Assembly (NCBI GenBank): GCA_028534125.1
Contig: CM052817.1
Span: forward strand, 7,194,001-7,258,000
Reading direction: 5' to 3'
DNA: 64,000 nt
Source of the DNA: Lama glama
Taxonomy: Eukaryota
Part shown: piece after piece, positions 1 through 11,409 of the stretch
Layout: each line of letters opens with the position of its first letter
Numbering within the stretch: position 1 is the first letter of the stretch
Made by a program: the position numbers and the translations under genes
The notes under the pieces: model-generated
What the model was told of the DNA's origin: nothing
Seen by the model: only the letters and a program-made list of their open reading frames with translations
Databases searched by the model: none

Positions 1-449
1 GTACAATCATAAAAGATCATTTTTAATATTACTTTTTTAATGTAAAAGGGGCCCATGGAGGCAAACTTTGGTAGAGCCTGTGAAAGTCACATTTCAGCTC
101 TGCTTTTAAAAGTAATGATGCATATTTACATAGGCTGCAATGTTAATATTTTCAAAGTAACTTAATAAATTCAAACAGTAGTATTTTGAACAATGTGAAT
201 ATTATTCTACAAGATATTTTAGAAGACATTGTACGATGTCTATGTGTAAAGTGTATAAATACGAAAGCCATCTGGAAGAATGCACATTTAGCTTAAAATA
301 AGAGATGCTTTTACTAACAGGAGTGGCTTGATGATGTGTGTATGAAGGGAACTTTTAATTTTCTTTATGTTCTTAGATTTTTTTTTAATTATTTTATAGC
401 AAGGTTGTGGATTTGAGTTACATTATAATAAAAATTCTCTTGAATATAA

Positions 450-3400
450 TGTTCTTGTTACCTTTGTGCATAAAAAATTGAATCAGAACCTAGTGGTTTA
501 AAGCAACATTTCTTATTATGTTCTCAAATTCTGAAGGTCAGCAAGTTGGACAGAGTACAGCAGAGACAGCTCATCCCGGCTTCATCAAGCTGGGGCCTCA
601 GCTTGAATGGATTAAAGACTGGCCATCGCTTGATGGCTGGGGGCTGGAATTATCTGACATGTCTGGTGCCTGGGCTGGGATGAATAGAGGACTCAGCCTG
701 CTGACTATAGAGCATGCATGCGATCTCACCACGTCACTTGGCCTGCTCACACAAGGCTACCCCAGGGCAGTTGGACTGTCTAAACAACAGCTGGAGCTTC
801 AAGCATGAGTGTTCCAATGGATAAAGCAAAAGCCCCATCCATCACCTTTTAGGATCAAGCCTTGGAAATTGCAATGTCACTTCTGCCATATTCAAAACAG
901 TCATAAACTGCTGCCTCCATCCCCAAATCTGGATGTTCACATGATGAAAGAGCATGAGCAATGTTGTCATGGCCATCTTTTACAGATACAGCTAACCACA
1001 GTCTGCCCTCTGATCACAAAAATGTACATCCCCCCAATATACAAGATACACTCATGCTCTGTGCTAAGACTGCTAAAATTTGGTCCCATTATGATGGCAT
1101 CAACTCCAAGTCTAGAATCCTATCATCAAAGTCAGATCCATCTCAAGAGGAAGCCCCCTCCATGTGACAGATCTAGGACACAGTGTCTATTAATGGAAAA
1201 AACTGTAAGCTAAACAGCAAAGGAAGCAATCAATCAAATGAAAAGGTGACCCACAGAATGGGAGAAAATACTCACAAAAAGTATTTCTGATGAGGGGTTT
1301 ATATCCAAGATATATAAGAAACTTCTACAACTTAATAGCAAAAATACAAATAATTTAATTAAAATGGGCAAAGAACTTCAATAGCATTTCTCCAAAGAAA
1401 ACATACAAATGGCCAATAGGTATATGAAAAGGTGCTCAGTATCACTAATGATCAGGGAAATGCAAATCAAAAGCACAATGAGATGTCACTTCATGCCTGT
1501 TAGGATGTCTGTTATCAAAAGAACAAGACACAGCAAGTGCCACTGAGGAGAAAGTAGGATGAACACTACGCTGTGGGTGGGAATGTAAAATAGTGCAGCC
1601 ACTGTGGGAAATGATACGAAGATCCCTTTGAAAATTGAAAATAAAACTACCATATGATCTAGCAATCTCACTTTTAAGTATATAGTCAAAAGAATTGAAC
1701 TCAGGATCCGAAAGAACTATCTGCAGTCCCAGCTTTATTGAAACATTTTTTATAATAACCAACATATAGAAAGAATCCAAAAGACCATCAACAGATAAAT
1801 AAAGATATATATATATACATGTATATATATATATATATCATGGAATATTATTCAGCCTTTAAAAAAGAAGGAAGTTCTACCATTTGCATTTGTGAATTTG
1901 AAGACATCATGCTAAGTGAAGCAAGCCATCCACAGGAGGATAAATACCACATAGCTCCACTGGTGTGAGATATCTAAAATAGTCCGACTTATAGAAGTTT
2001 TGATGGCTTCTAGGGACTGGGAGAAGTGGGGAATGGGGGTTTGCTAATCAACGGGTATAAAATCACAATTGTATGAGATGCCTAAGCTTAGAGATCTGTC
2101 CAAAATAGAGCTTGTAGTAAAAGATACGCTGTAGTACACGTAAACATTTATTAAAAGGGTAGAGCTCATGTTACGTGTTCTTAACACACACACACAGATC
2201 AAAAGAACAGAAGGGAGCTTTGGGAGGTGATGGGTATATTTATTACCTTGATGGTGTTGTGGGTGTAGGCATATGTCCAAATTCATCAAATTGTCCATAT
2301 TAAATATGAACAGATTTTGCATATCAATTATACCTCAGCAAAGCTGTAAAAAATATATCCATCAAGTTGCTGAAATGCAGAAAAAAAAATTCTATAAACT
2401 AAAGAGTGTTGTCTGCCCCCTCACCCCCTGCAGCACACACACGTACACAGTCCAGTGGTGGGGCAGGCCGGAGACAACTGGCCAATTCTTGACCAGGGTC
2501 AGTGTCGCTCCTTGTTAATTGTTATCCTTGACTCTTAGCTCTGCTGTCTGGGGTTTCACTTCAGATTTCTGAACCAAAGTTCCAATTATTTAAGAAGTGA
2601 CTCATTTTTTTAACTAAGTGGCCCTTTCAGCTTACTTCCTGCATGTTAAAAAAACATGGACTTTTCTCTTTATACGGATTGGCCCTTTCAATCCCTTACT
2701 CTTAAAAAAAATGGGCTTCCATGTGTATCTATTTATAAGTAACTCTATTAGAAAAAGAAAAAAACACATCTGCATGCCTCCTTGGGATGGACCCTTTTCT
2801 CCCCCGATTCCTTTTGAGGCTGCTGGGGAAGATTTAAGATACTTAGAAGCCCTGTGGTGCAAGAGACAGCCTGTGAGGCGCACCATTCAGATCCTCAGGG
2901 GGCCTGTGCTGATCTGAAAGGATCTAAGAGGCACCCCACCTGACGTATTTCTGAAGTCTTAAAATCGTTTTTTAAAATGACATCTTTGGCTTCATTGTTA
3001 TCCTGAGAGGAGCCTTCATTTTATTTTTGCCCAGAGGCCCTTTTTCACTTGATTTTTTGTTTTGATGTTTTGCTTTGCCTTGTGTTTTTATTTCTTTGGA
3101 ACCCAACAAATTCTGGTTTCTTTATAATTCCTATACATTTTGCTTGAAAATTGAGCAGTTTCTTGTTATCTCATTTCTCTTTATCTAAATGTCAGCCAAC
3201 ACAGATCAAACAGATTGAATAAATTAGCTGGCTCTTCCCGCATTCTTCCTGAACATTATCTAATCAAACCCGCTAGATAATTAAGGAATGTTTCTATTCC
3301 CACATCACCACAGGAGAAGGTGTTACCAAACTTTTTTACTACACAGAAGAATTACCTTGTTTCCAGCCTCCTATAATAATTCCCCCAATGAATCCCAGCT

Positions 3401-4092
3401 TTCTCCAACATTCTTCTCAAGGCATTTCCAGATTCTGCTCACTCTCTGATCCAGAGTCAAAGCCATGGGTTTAAGGTTTCTATTATGGCAGCACATCCCA
3501 GTTTTAGTACCAAATCCTATTTCAATTCTTTGCTTCATAAGTTGACCCAAAACTTAGCAGCTTACAGCAACCATTTAACTATGTGGATTTGGGGGTCAGA
3601 AATTCAGATAGCACACAGGAGGGTGGTTTGTAGACACTAACGTAAATGATGTTGAGGGTCACAGAAGACAGACTGAAATGGCTGGAGTGGGTGATGTGAG
3701 GTTGAAGGTTTGTTCATTAACATGTCTGGTGCTTGGCCCCAGAAGATCAAAGACCAACACTGCTGCCCAGAGCACCTACACTTCCCTTCAGTATGGCCTG
3801 GGCTCCTAATAGTGTGATGCCTCCAGGAAGGGTGGTCTGCTTCCTCTCCACACACAGTTATTCCAATGCACAAAGCAAAGCTGCATCACCTTTCATGGTC
3901 CAGCCTCAGAAGTCACTTACACATCATCATTTCTGGCATCCTCTGTCTATCGATGCTGGTAAGCTCACCTTGATTTAATGGAAGGAGCAAAGACTCCATC
4001 CTTGGATCAAAGGAATGGCAAAGGCACATCATAGAAAGAGCATTCCAGATGGGAAGTATTGTGACAATCTTTGAGAAGAACACCCTGCCACA
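450..4092 (-). mobile_element. MaLR (MLT1-type) provirus: LTR-internal-LTR, interrupted by an L1
   Basis: Two related LTRs (450-1000, 3518-4092) share tag(t/c)(g/a)g(t/c)tta(a/c)agcaac, catgtctggtgc and terminal ccaca. Internal junctions resemble MLT-int ends (accacagtctgccctctg at ~995; ggcagcacatcccagttttagtaccaaat at ~3487-3515). Confidence 0.8.
1215..2389 (+). mobile_element. 5'-truncated L1 (L1MA9-like): ORF2 3' end and 3'UTR
   Basis: L1 ORF2-end motifs (cagaatgggagaaaata, catacaaatggccaatagg, atcagggaaatgcaaatcaaa); 3' end tcaattatacctcagcaaagctgt followed by an A-run. Confidence 0.9.
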
Positions 4093-4287
4093 CATACCAC
4101 AGCAGAGGTATAAATACTAACCTACAAAAAACTAAAACTTCCAGAAGATCCATAAAAGTCCAGGTAGAAGTTAAGTTTTTATTTATTCTTAAAAATCACC
4201 AATTAGATCCAAGCACAACTGAAACTCCCATTAGCTTCTGTGTGTAGAGTTGAATGGGTTATAATGTAGTGGCTCATAGAATGGATC

Positions 4288-4363
4288 ATGTATAAAAAAG
4301 CGTTCTGTGGACTTGGCCACCTCCTGCTCATACTCATCAATTCAGTTCTAGTATCATCTTGAG
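4288..4363 (+). pseudogene. Candidate decayed first coding exon (signal peptide)
   Basis: atcATG (A at -3) reads MYKKAFCGLGHLLLILINSVLVSS*, a basic n-region plus hydrophobic core. No intact GT donor (G|gaaact). Confidence 0.35.
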
Positions 4364-4494
4364 GAAACTTTTGCTGCCTCTGTCTGCATTCACTGCTCAC
4401 CCCAGCAGGGTTTTGCGTCCCTTCCTTTTGTTCCGAGAGCATACCATGTGGGTATACATTGTAACACGCATCATTGGGAATTTGTGATCACAAA

Positions 4495-4539
4495 TCACCC
4501 TGTCCTTCTCCTTCACCCTGTCCTTCTCCTTCACCCTGT
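4495..4539. repeat. 18-bp tandem repeat (tcaccctgtccttctcct) x2.5
   Basis: Direct reading. Confidence 0.9.
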
Positions 4540-4679
4540 TGTCAACCTCCTGGTGCCTGAGGACTGGACTGTGCCTATTTCGTATTGAATTCCCAGGGTT
4601 TATCAAGTGCTTAGAAGACAACACAGTGGGCCATTCTCCTCCTCAAGGATGATAATAACAACAGTGAACTTTTACATTC

Positions 4680-4915
4680 ACACATTCTTGGAGTTAACAT
4701 GCATGTTATCTAACCTGAAACTCACATGTCAGGATTGATATTCTCCTTTTCACAGATTAGTAAACTAAATTCTGGATAGGTTTTGTTAACTTGTCCTTTA
4801 TCACTAGCAGATTAGTAAACTAAATTCTGGATAGGTTTTGTTAACTTGTCCTTTATCACTAGACACAATGACAGCTGAGGAGGGACTACAATGCAGAATT
4901 TCTCAATTCTAGCTT
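4680..4915 (-). mobile_element. MIR fragment carrying an internal 55-bp tandem duplication
   Basis: MIR-core-like ccttttcacagattagtaaactaa...aacttgtcc...tcac. Confidence 0.6.
4753..4862. repeat. Perfect 55-bp tandem duplication
   Basis: cagattagtaaactaaattctggataggttttgttaacttgtcctttatcactag at 4753-4807 and 4808-4862. Confidence 0.95.
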
Positions 4916-5711
4916 AGTCATCATCCTATTTCTTCTTTCTGCCACTATGAATGATTTAGAAATGATGACTTGTCATGAAGCTACTAAACAGACTCCTGAT
5001 ACAATTCTGATCATGCTATATTGTGATTTAGACAAAGCAATATTGATATACTTACTTTGAAGAAACTCTATATAGAATGTCAAGGTAAATAAATATAGAA
5101 TTTAATTCCCTCCAATTTACAGTAGCTGGATCCCATAAGAAAATAAGATACTGTCTTAAGATTCCATAAAAATTGGAGTTGAATTCAGCAGACTTCATTC
5201 TTATAAAACTGAAAATGTAATTATTTAAGTGTACATTCCAAACAAGATATATTTATTCTTATACCACTCTTTAAATATCCTAATGTTTCATATTAAATTG
5301 TACATAAGGAAGATACTCACTGATATATAAATTATCCAAATTCTTTATTCAAATATATGTCCACTTATTTCTAAGTTCAGTTGCTTATGTAATTTCTTGA
5401 GGAAGGAAATGAATGTTTTTAGTCTCATTGGTACTTTCCCAGCATTTCAGTATTAATATGAAAACTTAGAAATTAGAAGAACAGCATGATGGATTTACGT
5501 CTTATTTTCCTTCACATTTCTAGGTCTGTCCTCCCTAAATTTTAATCATTGACTCAAAAGGCACCTTGGAGAGGAGCATACGGATTTTCCTGATGCAATC
5601 TCTCTCTCTTTTTTTATCTGTTTCACTACGATAGCTTTCTGACCTTTGAGAACTTCCATTTTCTCTTCTGGAAAACAGGCTAAGACCTACCATTTACATT
5701 TTGCATGAATG

Positions 5712-6112
5712 GGTGGAGTTGAATTTTGACACCTTCTTCTGGCAAAAAAGAAAGAAAAAATATGATCACATGTTTGTTACTAGGATCCCAGTACCTTAGA
5801 ATGTGACAGTGTTTGGAGATGGGGTATCTAAAGAGGTCATTAAGTTAATGAGGTCACCAAGGTGGGCTCTAACCCAATGACTTCTGCCCTTATAAGAAGA
5901 GATTAGGACACAGAAGCACAGAGAAAAGAACTTGTAAAGACACAGGGAGGAGGTGACCAGCAACCAGCCAAGAAGAGAGCCCTCGGAAGGAACCAATCCT
6001 GTGGACACCTTGATCTCAGACTTCTAGCCTCTAGGACAGTGAGACAATCAATTTCTGTGCTTTAAGCCTCCCGGTCTGTGGTACTTAACAGACAGTGCTA
6101 GTAAACTAATAC
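5712..6112 (+). mobile_element. MLT1B-like solo LTR
   Basis: cccagtaccttagaatgtgac...ggacaccttgatctcagacttctagcctc...aaactaataca matches MLT1B as I recall it. Confidence 0.85.
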
Positions 6113-6801
6113 AACAAGGTATAAATTATCCTAAATTTAGGTTTAAATTGATAATGGCACAGCCAGCAAGGTTGAAGTTAAGTTTTCTCGCATTCCTTCT
6201 CTTCCTGGAATCTCTTCCTTGGAATTCCATGAACAGAAGAGCCATTGGCATTTTGCTCAGATTTGCACACCATGTTTTCTTCATCTCTTCAAAATCATGA
6301 TAATTATTTTTTCATTTTTTCTTCTTCTAATATTTCCCTAAATTAAGACCTATCAATTTCGGGTCCCACTAAGATCTTTCCAGCCTAGCAACGGTAGTCG
6401 TTGCCTGTGTGAGACTGCCAATGAAATTGATACATGCTTCTTACTCTAATAGGCATATTTACCTCTTGGTGTGTGTGTATTTATCCTCCAAATGTTAATG
6501 AGTCTCATGCATCTCCCTTTCCAGGGAGACTGTAATTTCACACACAGTCTACAGATGCACAAGGAGGAAAAACCACCTTTCATGCTGGTCACTGAACTTA
6601 ATTTTCTAGTGCATCTGAACAAGCAATTCCAAAAGCCAGGTGGCTTGTGCTGCCCCACAGCAGAAGTGATTGCTTTCCCACTGTCTGACTTGAGTAATGT
6701 GCTAATAGAAAACCGAGTTATGGATCTCCAGAACCAGGACAATAATAAAATCATAATGATATTGTTAGCAATCTGGCCCCAGTGCTGGTTCTTCCTCCCA
6801 G

Positions 6802-6983
6802 AGAAACACTGTCACGGAAATGGAAAACCTCATCAATCACAAAAATCACACGAGAGGCCAGCCAACCGGCTTAAATTTACACACAACGTTGCGGATGAGA
6901 CTGAATTTCACGGCTGGGGAGCGGTTTCCCTTAGAAAAGCCCAATTAGTGCACGAATTGGTGCGGCTGCGCCTCTCTGAGCAG
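6802..6983 (+). pseudogene. Candidate decayed sushi/CCP exon
   Basis: Acceptor ttcttcctcccag|, phase 1. Reads EKHC...FTHNVADETEFHG, then with frameshifts C-T-N-W and APL*(TGA). Donor not intact. Confidence 0.35.
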
Positions 6984-7343
6984 ATCCTGGGAAGCATGAA
7001 CCAAAGTGACTTTGACGAGGTTGCACAGGTATTAAGAGGTAGGACCGAGATTAGAGCTCGGCTTTCACGTCAAGCCCCCGCTGCCTCTCTGGCACTTACG
7101 TCTTACGCTCTAGGGGCTCAGTGTGTGGCCAGATCCAAGGTTCTGCCTCCTCAAAAACTGTAAGCAAACAAGAAAAGCAAATGAATATCTAAGTGCATGT
7201 ATTAGGTAGTCAAACAACCCAGCTAGCCAGCCAAAATTAACTGGAATGCCCTTGAGTCTTAAACACCCTCTTACCCCTTACAACTACGTAATCAATACCA
7301 ACAGACAATGATTTTGCAGCTTGAAGAACAAGAGAAAGCCAGA

Positions 7344-7843
7344 NNNNNNNNNNNNNNNNNNNNNNNNNNNNNNNNNNNNNNNNNNNNNNNNNNNNNNNNN
7401 NNNNNNNNNNNNNNNNNNNNNNNNNNNNNNNNNNNNNNNNNNNNNNNNNNNNNNNNNNNNNNNNNNNNNNNNNNNNNNNNNNNNNNNNNNNNNNNNNNNN
7501 NNNNNNNNNNNNNNNNNNNNNNNNNNNNNNNNNNNNNNNNNNNNNNNNNNNNNNNNNNNNNNNNNNNNNNNNNNNNNNNNNNNNNNNNNNNNNNNNNNNN
7601 NNNNNNNNNNNNNNNNNNNNNNNNNNNNNNNNNNNNNNNNNNNNNNNNNNNNNNNNNNNNNNNNNNNNNNNNNNNNNNNNNNNNNNNNNNNNNNNNNNNN
7701 NNNNNNNNNNNNNNNNNNNNNNNNNNNNNNNNNNNNNNNNNNNNNNNNNNNNNNNNNNNNNNNNNNNNNNNNNNNNNNNNNNNNNNNNNNNNNNNNNNNN
7801 NNNNNNNNNNNNNNNNNNNNNNNNNNNNNNNNNNNNNNNNNNN
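7344..7843. other. Assembly gap (500 N)
   Basis: Run of exactly 500 N. Confidence 1.
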
Positions 7844-8400
7844 GTGTTCCAGATAAAGGACAGGTCCAGAGCTAAAGCTCTGAAATGATGCACTCAATGG
7901 GCTCAAGGCTTATCAGGGAGTCAGTATGGTCAGAGGGTGGAGGAAAGAAGGGACTAAGAGGGGATGACTTTCAGTTGGACAGGGAATGCTGTAAATAATT
8001 TACATCCTTGTAAGCTAATTGTTAAGAATGTGGGTGCCATTTTGGGTGGAAAAATAACATGATTTCTTTGTTTAAAGGATCACTCTGCTTCTGTGTTCAA
8101 AATAGGCTACATGGGACAAAATTGGCAGGAAGGAGACAGTTAAAACATATCACCCAGGCAAGGGGTGCTGGTGGCTTGAACAAGGACAACAATGATGTTG
8201 GCAAGAAGTTGTTGGATTTTGAATTTATTCTTGAAGGCAGAACCAACACACTTTCCTGCCAGATTGAATATGAAATATAAAAGAAAGAGAGGTGATAGGA
8301 ATGATGCCAAGTTTGTGATCAACTAGAAGAATGAATTTGTCATTTATTGAGAGGAGAAACCCTGGGGGAGGGGAATTTACTGGAGGAGTAGAGAGATAAG
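7844..8400 (-). mobile_element. L2 fragment
   Basis: Degenerate L2 motifs (gtgttccagataaagg, ggatcactctgcttctgtg, gaaggcagaaccaacacactttcctgccagattg). Confidence 0.65.
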
Positions 8401-8789
8401 GATACACATGTTCTCACAAAGTATTTTGAGTCAATGGGTCTAGGTTTAGGAATGGTTTTGGTGAAAATAAGATGAGATTAGTTTTAAAAAGTTTACTTGG
8501 CATATGTTGAAGTTCTGAAAGAGGCTTCTTGGAATAAATTACGCTTGAGCTAAGGTACAGAGGATTAGCAGGAGCTATGGAAGTGGAGAGGAGGACAGGT
8601 TAAAGGATCTACGGAGAAGTCTAATGGGTACATGCCTGGGAGCAGGATAAACCACTGCACACCAAAACACAGTCTGCCACAGAACTTGCTTTGAAAAAGT
8701 GAATTTGTTCCATTGCAACTGATATATTAAGGAACTGATTGAGCATGACTGAATTTTGTATTTTCTTATCTGTGATTTTTGTCCATGAG

Positions 8790-8952
8790 GAACACTGGTG
8801 AACACAGAAAACCACATCTCACTGCACCGAGCCGTGTGGAAATACACAAAATGCATACATGCAACATCTTAAGCCACCTCAGTCCAACTGGAGTGCCGTG
8901 GGCCACACGCACCCTTCCACGTCCGGTGTGACAACTTTTCCTCCAGTTCCAG
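8790..8952 (+). pseudogene. Candidate decayed EGF-like exon
   Basis: Reads SHCTEPCGNTQNAY (C-x3-C-x-NT-x3-Y, as in cbEGF), then after a frameshift CNILSHLSPTGVPW; ends CCA G|gtagct, phase 1. Confidence 0.45.
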
Positions 8953-9249
8953 GTAGCTCTCCTCCCCCGGCCCCTCCTTTGCAGTTGTTCACAATCTGCA
9001 CCCTTCTGGTCCTCACACTCGTAAACACACTTCAGGTCTCTGTCAAGGTCAAGTTCCATTTCTTTTGTAGCACGTATGCATTTCTTAAACATTTGGCAGG
9101 TGTAAACCTGTGTTCCCATTTGTATTGGTTTCTATCTCAAGATGTGTGTGTCCCAAATGAAATGTTCGAATTTTCTGTGCCCCTGGCTCCATAAGCCATG
9201 TTGTTTTATTGCATAATTTTGCACAGTGCCATGATTGTTAAGAATGCAC

Positions 9250-9715
9250 ATATCATGTAATAGAACTGACTGAAGCTGAAGGAAAGCCAGGTGTTTTGGG
9301 AGCGTGGAACAGTGCAGGGAAAGGATGGAAAGTGAGGGAAGGGGAAGAGTTGGAAGATGAAGTGGGGAGCTCGGACTGTCCAGGTCATCAGGGTCTTGGA
9401 AGATGGTGTCCATTGTTTGACTTTGTCATGAAGTTGATTATAAACCATGACAGACGGCATACTTATAATTTAGAAAGCTCTCATGGAGCGTGGAGATTGG
9501 GTAGGAGGGGAGTGAGGCTACAGTTAAGACGCTCAGTGAGGAGTGTGTCTCTTCAATATGGGCTGGACAAGATGGAGACTCGGTCGATGACAGCACAGAT
9601 GGACAGAAGTGGACTAGGCAAACCAAGTTCTGCTGATTTCTACACTCATCAACAGTTTATCTGGAATATGTCCACAACTATGTGGTATTCTAGAATGAGC
9701 AAAACTGTCAAATAA
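9250..9715 (-). mobile_element. L2 fragments
   Basis: Purine-rich L2-like sequence (tagaaagctctcatggagcgtggagattgg, gaggctacag). Confidence 0.55.
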
Positions 9716-10368
9716 GAGTAAGAGCTCTGACTTACACTACACCCCCCGGGTATAGATGGATTAACGCATGAGATGCGCTGGGTGGGCGAAGAACATCCCT
9801 CCTGTGGCTCTGACAACAGCCCTGCAACCTCCTTAATCCCTTCTATGGTTTCCCTTTCCCTGAGCAACCCTGGTGTAAGCATCCGATGAGATCCATAGCT
9901 CCCAAACTCCATCACACCATTTTTAGGTTTCATAAAATTAGACTTTGAGAAGTTCTTTCAGGAAAGTTCCTTAATCCTTCAGTCAGCATCATGATGCCGT
10001 TTTAATGAGCACAGAGTGGATTTAGCCATGGAATTAAGATGCTTGAATGGCTTGGTTTCAGCCCACACTTTATCAAACCCAAATCACAGTCCCTGCGGTC
10101 TAATTGCACCTATTTCAGAGAATCAAATGTAACTTTTTTTCTGACTTTCTTTCACATTCAAGGCAGGAGTGAAAGGGAAACACTGACCATCCCGTCACCT
10201 TCTTAGGCTCTGATTCAAAAGTGCCCCTAAAGTTTATAGTAAGACCTCAAAGCAGAGGCTCAGTATTCAGTGCTGTGATCCTACCCGTGTCTCATTCCAG
10301 ACGAAATTACTTTCTGGGAATCTCTTAAGCCCCTCACCCATTTCGTTCCAAGCAATTTCCTCTCCCAG

Positions 10369-10510
10369 TGTCCTAGAATGCAACCGAATGTTTTGATTCT
10401 GTAGACCTGTTCCACAAGCAAGGCTGCGTGGAGAAAATACTTTCATCAGAGCGCAGAGACTGAGCTCTGGGAACATCGCTCCAAGCAGAAGACCTGCCCG
10501 ATGGCCAAAG
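10369..10510 (+). pseudogene. Decayed EGF-like exon
   Basis: Acceptor tttcctctcccag|, donor AAG|gtaagg. Reads NATECFDSVDLFHKQGCVEKILSSERRD*ALGTSLQA/KTCPMAK. The six EGF Cys positions are recoverable as TGT, TTC, TGC, CGC, TGA, TGC; one frameshift. Confidence 0.6.
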
Positions 10511-11409
10511 GTAAGGCGTGGGGCTCCCGGGGCGGGGCTCCGGCTTGAGCATCCTGTCCGTTTCTCTTCTTCTCACGGTAATTCTGCGGAGTGCTTAGAG
10601 CCTGACTTCATCTGCCGTAGCGCTTTATTATTTGATTATGCTCAGGTAAGCTAATTACTAGTAAGAAGGTAATGAAAACCTGAAGCCAGCAGTTAAGTGG
10701 CAGCGAGCAGTTCAAGCGTAATGGGGGTTTTAAGCGTTTTCATTTTCCTCCCGTTTTGCACACTGTGAAGAGCCATCTCCTGCTCCTCTGTCTAATGCCC
10801 TTAAAATCAGGAATTCATGCAAAGGAAAAAATCATCAGGCCAAAAGCGGCTTTCTGCCAGCATGCCAAAGGACACTTTTTCAGCGATTCAGCTGAGCTGA
10901 TGCTCAGCTAAGTTTTATTTCTTTGATGTGTTTGCTTGATTTATTACTGAAGCTTATGATACTCGGCCCAAGGGGATTTAAACAGAACTTAACATATACA
11001 AATAACTATCTTTCCAGCCAGAAAAATCCTACAGTCCTAGAAAAAGAAGTCTGCTGCGCCCTGCATGACGATTGGATGACGGTGGATTAGGGTTCGAGTA
11101 TAGCCCAGGGAATTGCATTCAGACTCAAGTCTGCAGTGGGATCAGGAGAAAAGAGACTAGAAGATCTGAGAGGCCTCCGTGTCTCCTCTGAAGCTTAGGG
11201 GGTAAGGGGAGCAGGTGACAGGACACTAGGGAGAGGGTGGGACCGGGACACGCAGGGCCCAGTCACCCTCACTGTAGTAGGCAACGTGCAGCTACGGTGT
11301 GAAGCAGGGGAAGCGGTTTGGCTCTTATAATGGGAAGGGCTTGAAGACGGTAATGAGTAAATAAGGGGAAACCAGTTTAGAAAAAATAGTCTAGAAAGAA
11401 AAGCTTATC

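Noticed and set aside
6471..7163. Longest ORF (230 aa) as an intact gene
   Set aside because: Starts at GTG, runs into a MIR at ~7000-7075 and has no coherent protein character; only part may overlap a dead exon.
7237..7906. ORFs spanning the N gap (also 45517-46134)
   Set aside because: Artefacts of N runs.
10405..10510. AAWRKYF IQ-motif-like or tetraspanin-like readings
   Set aside because: The EGF reading from the stronger upstream acceptor explains more residues.
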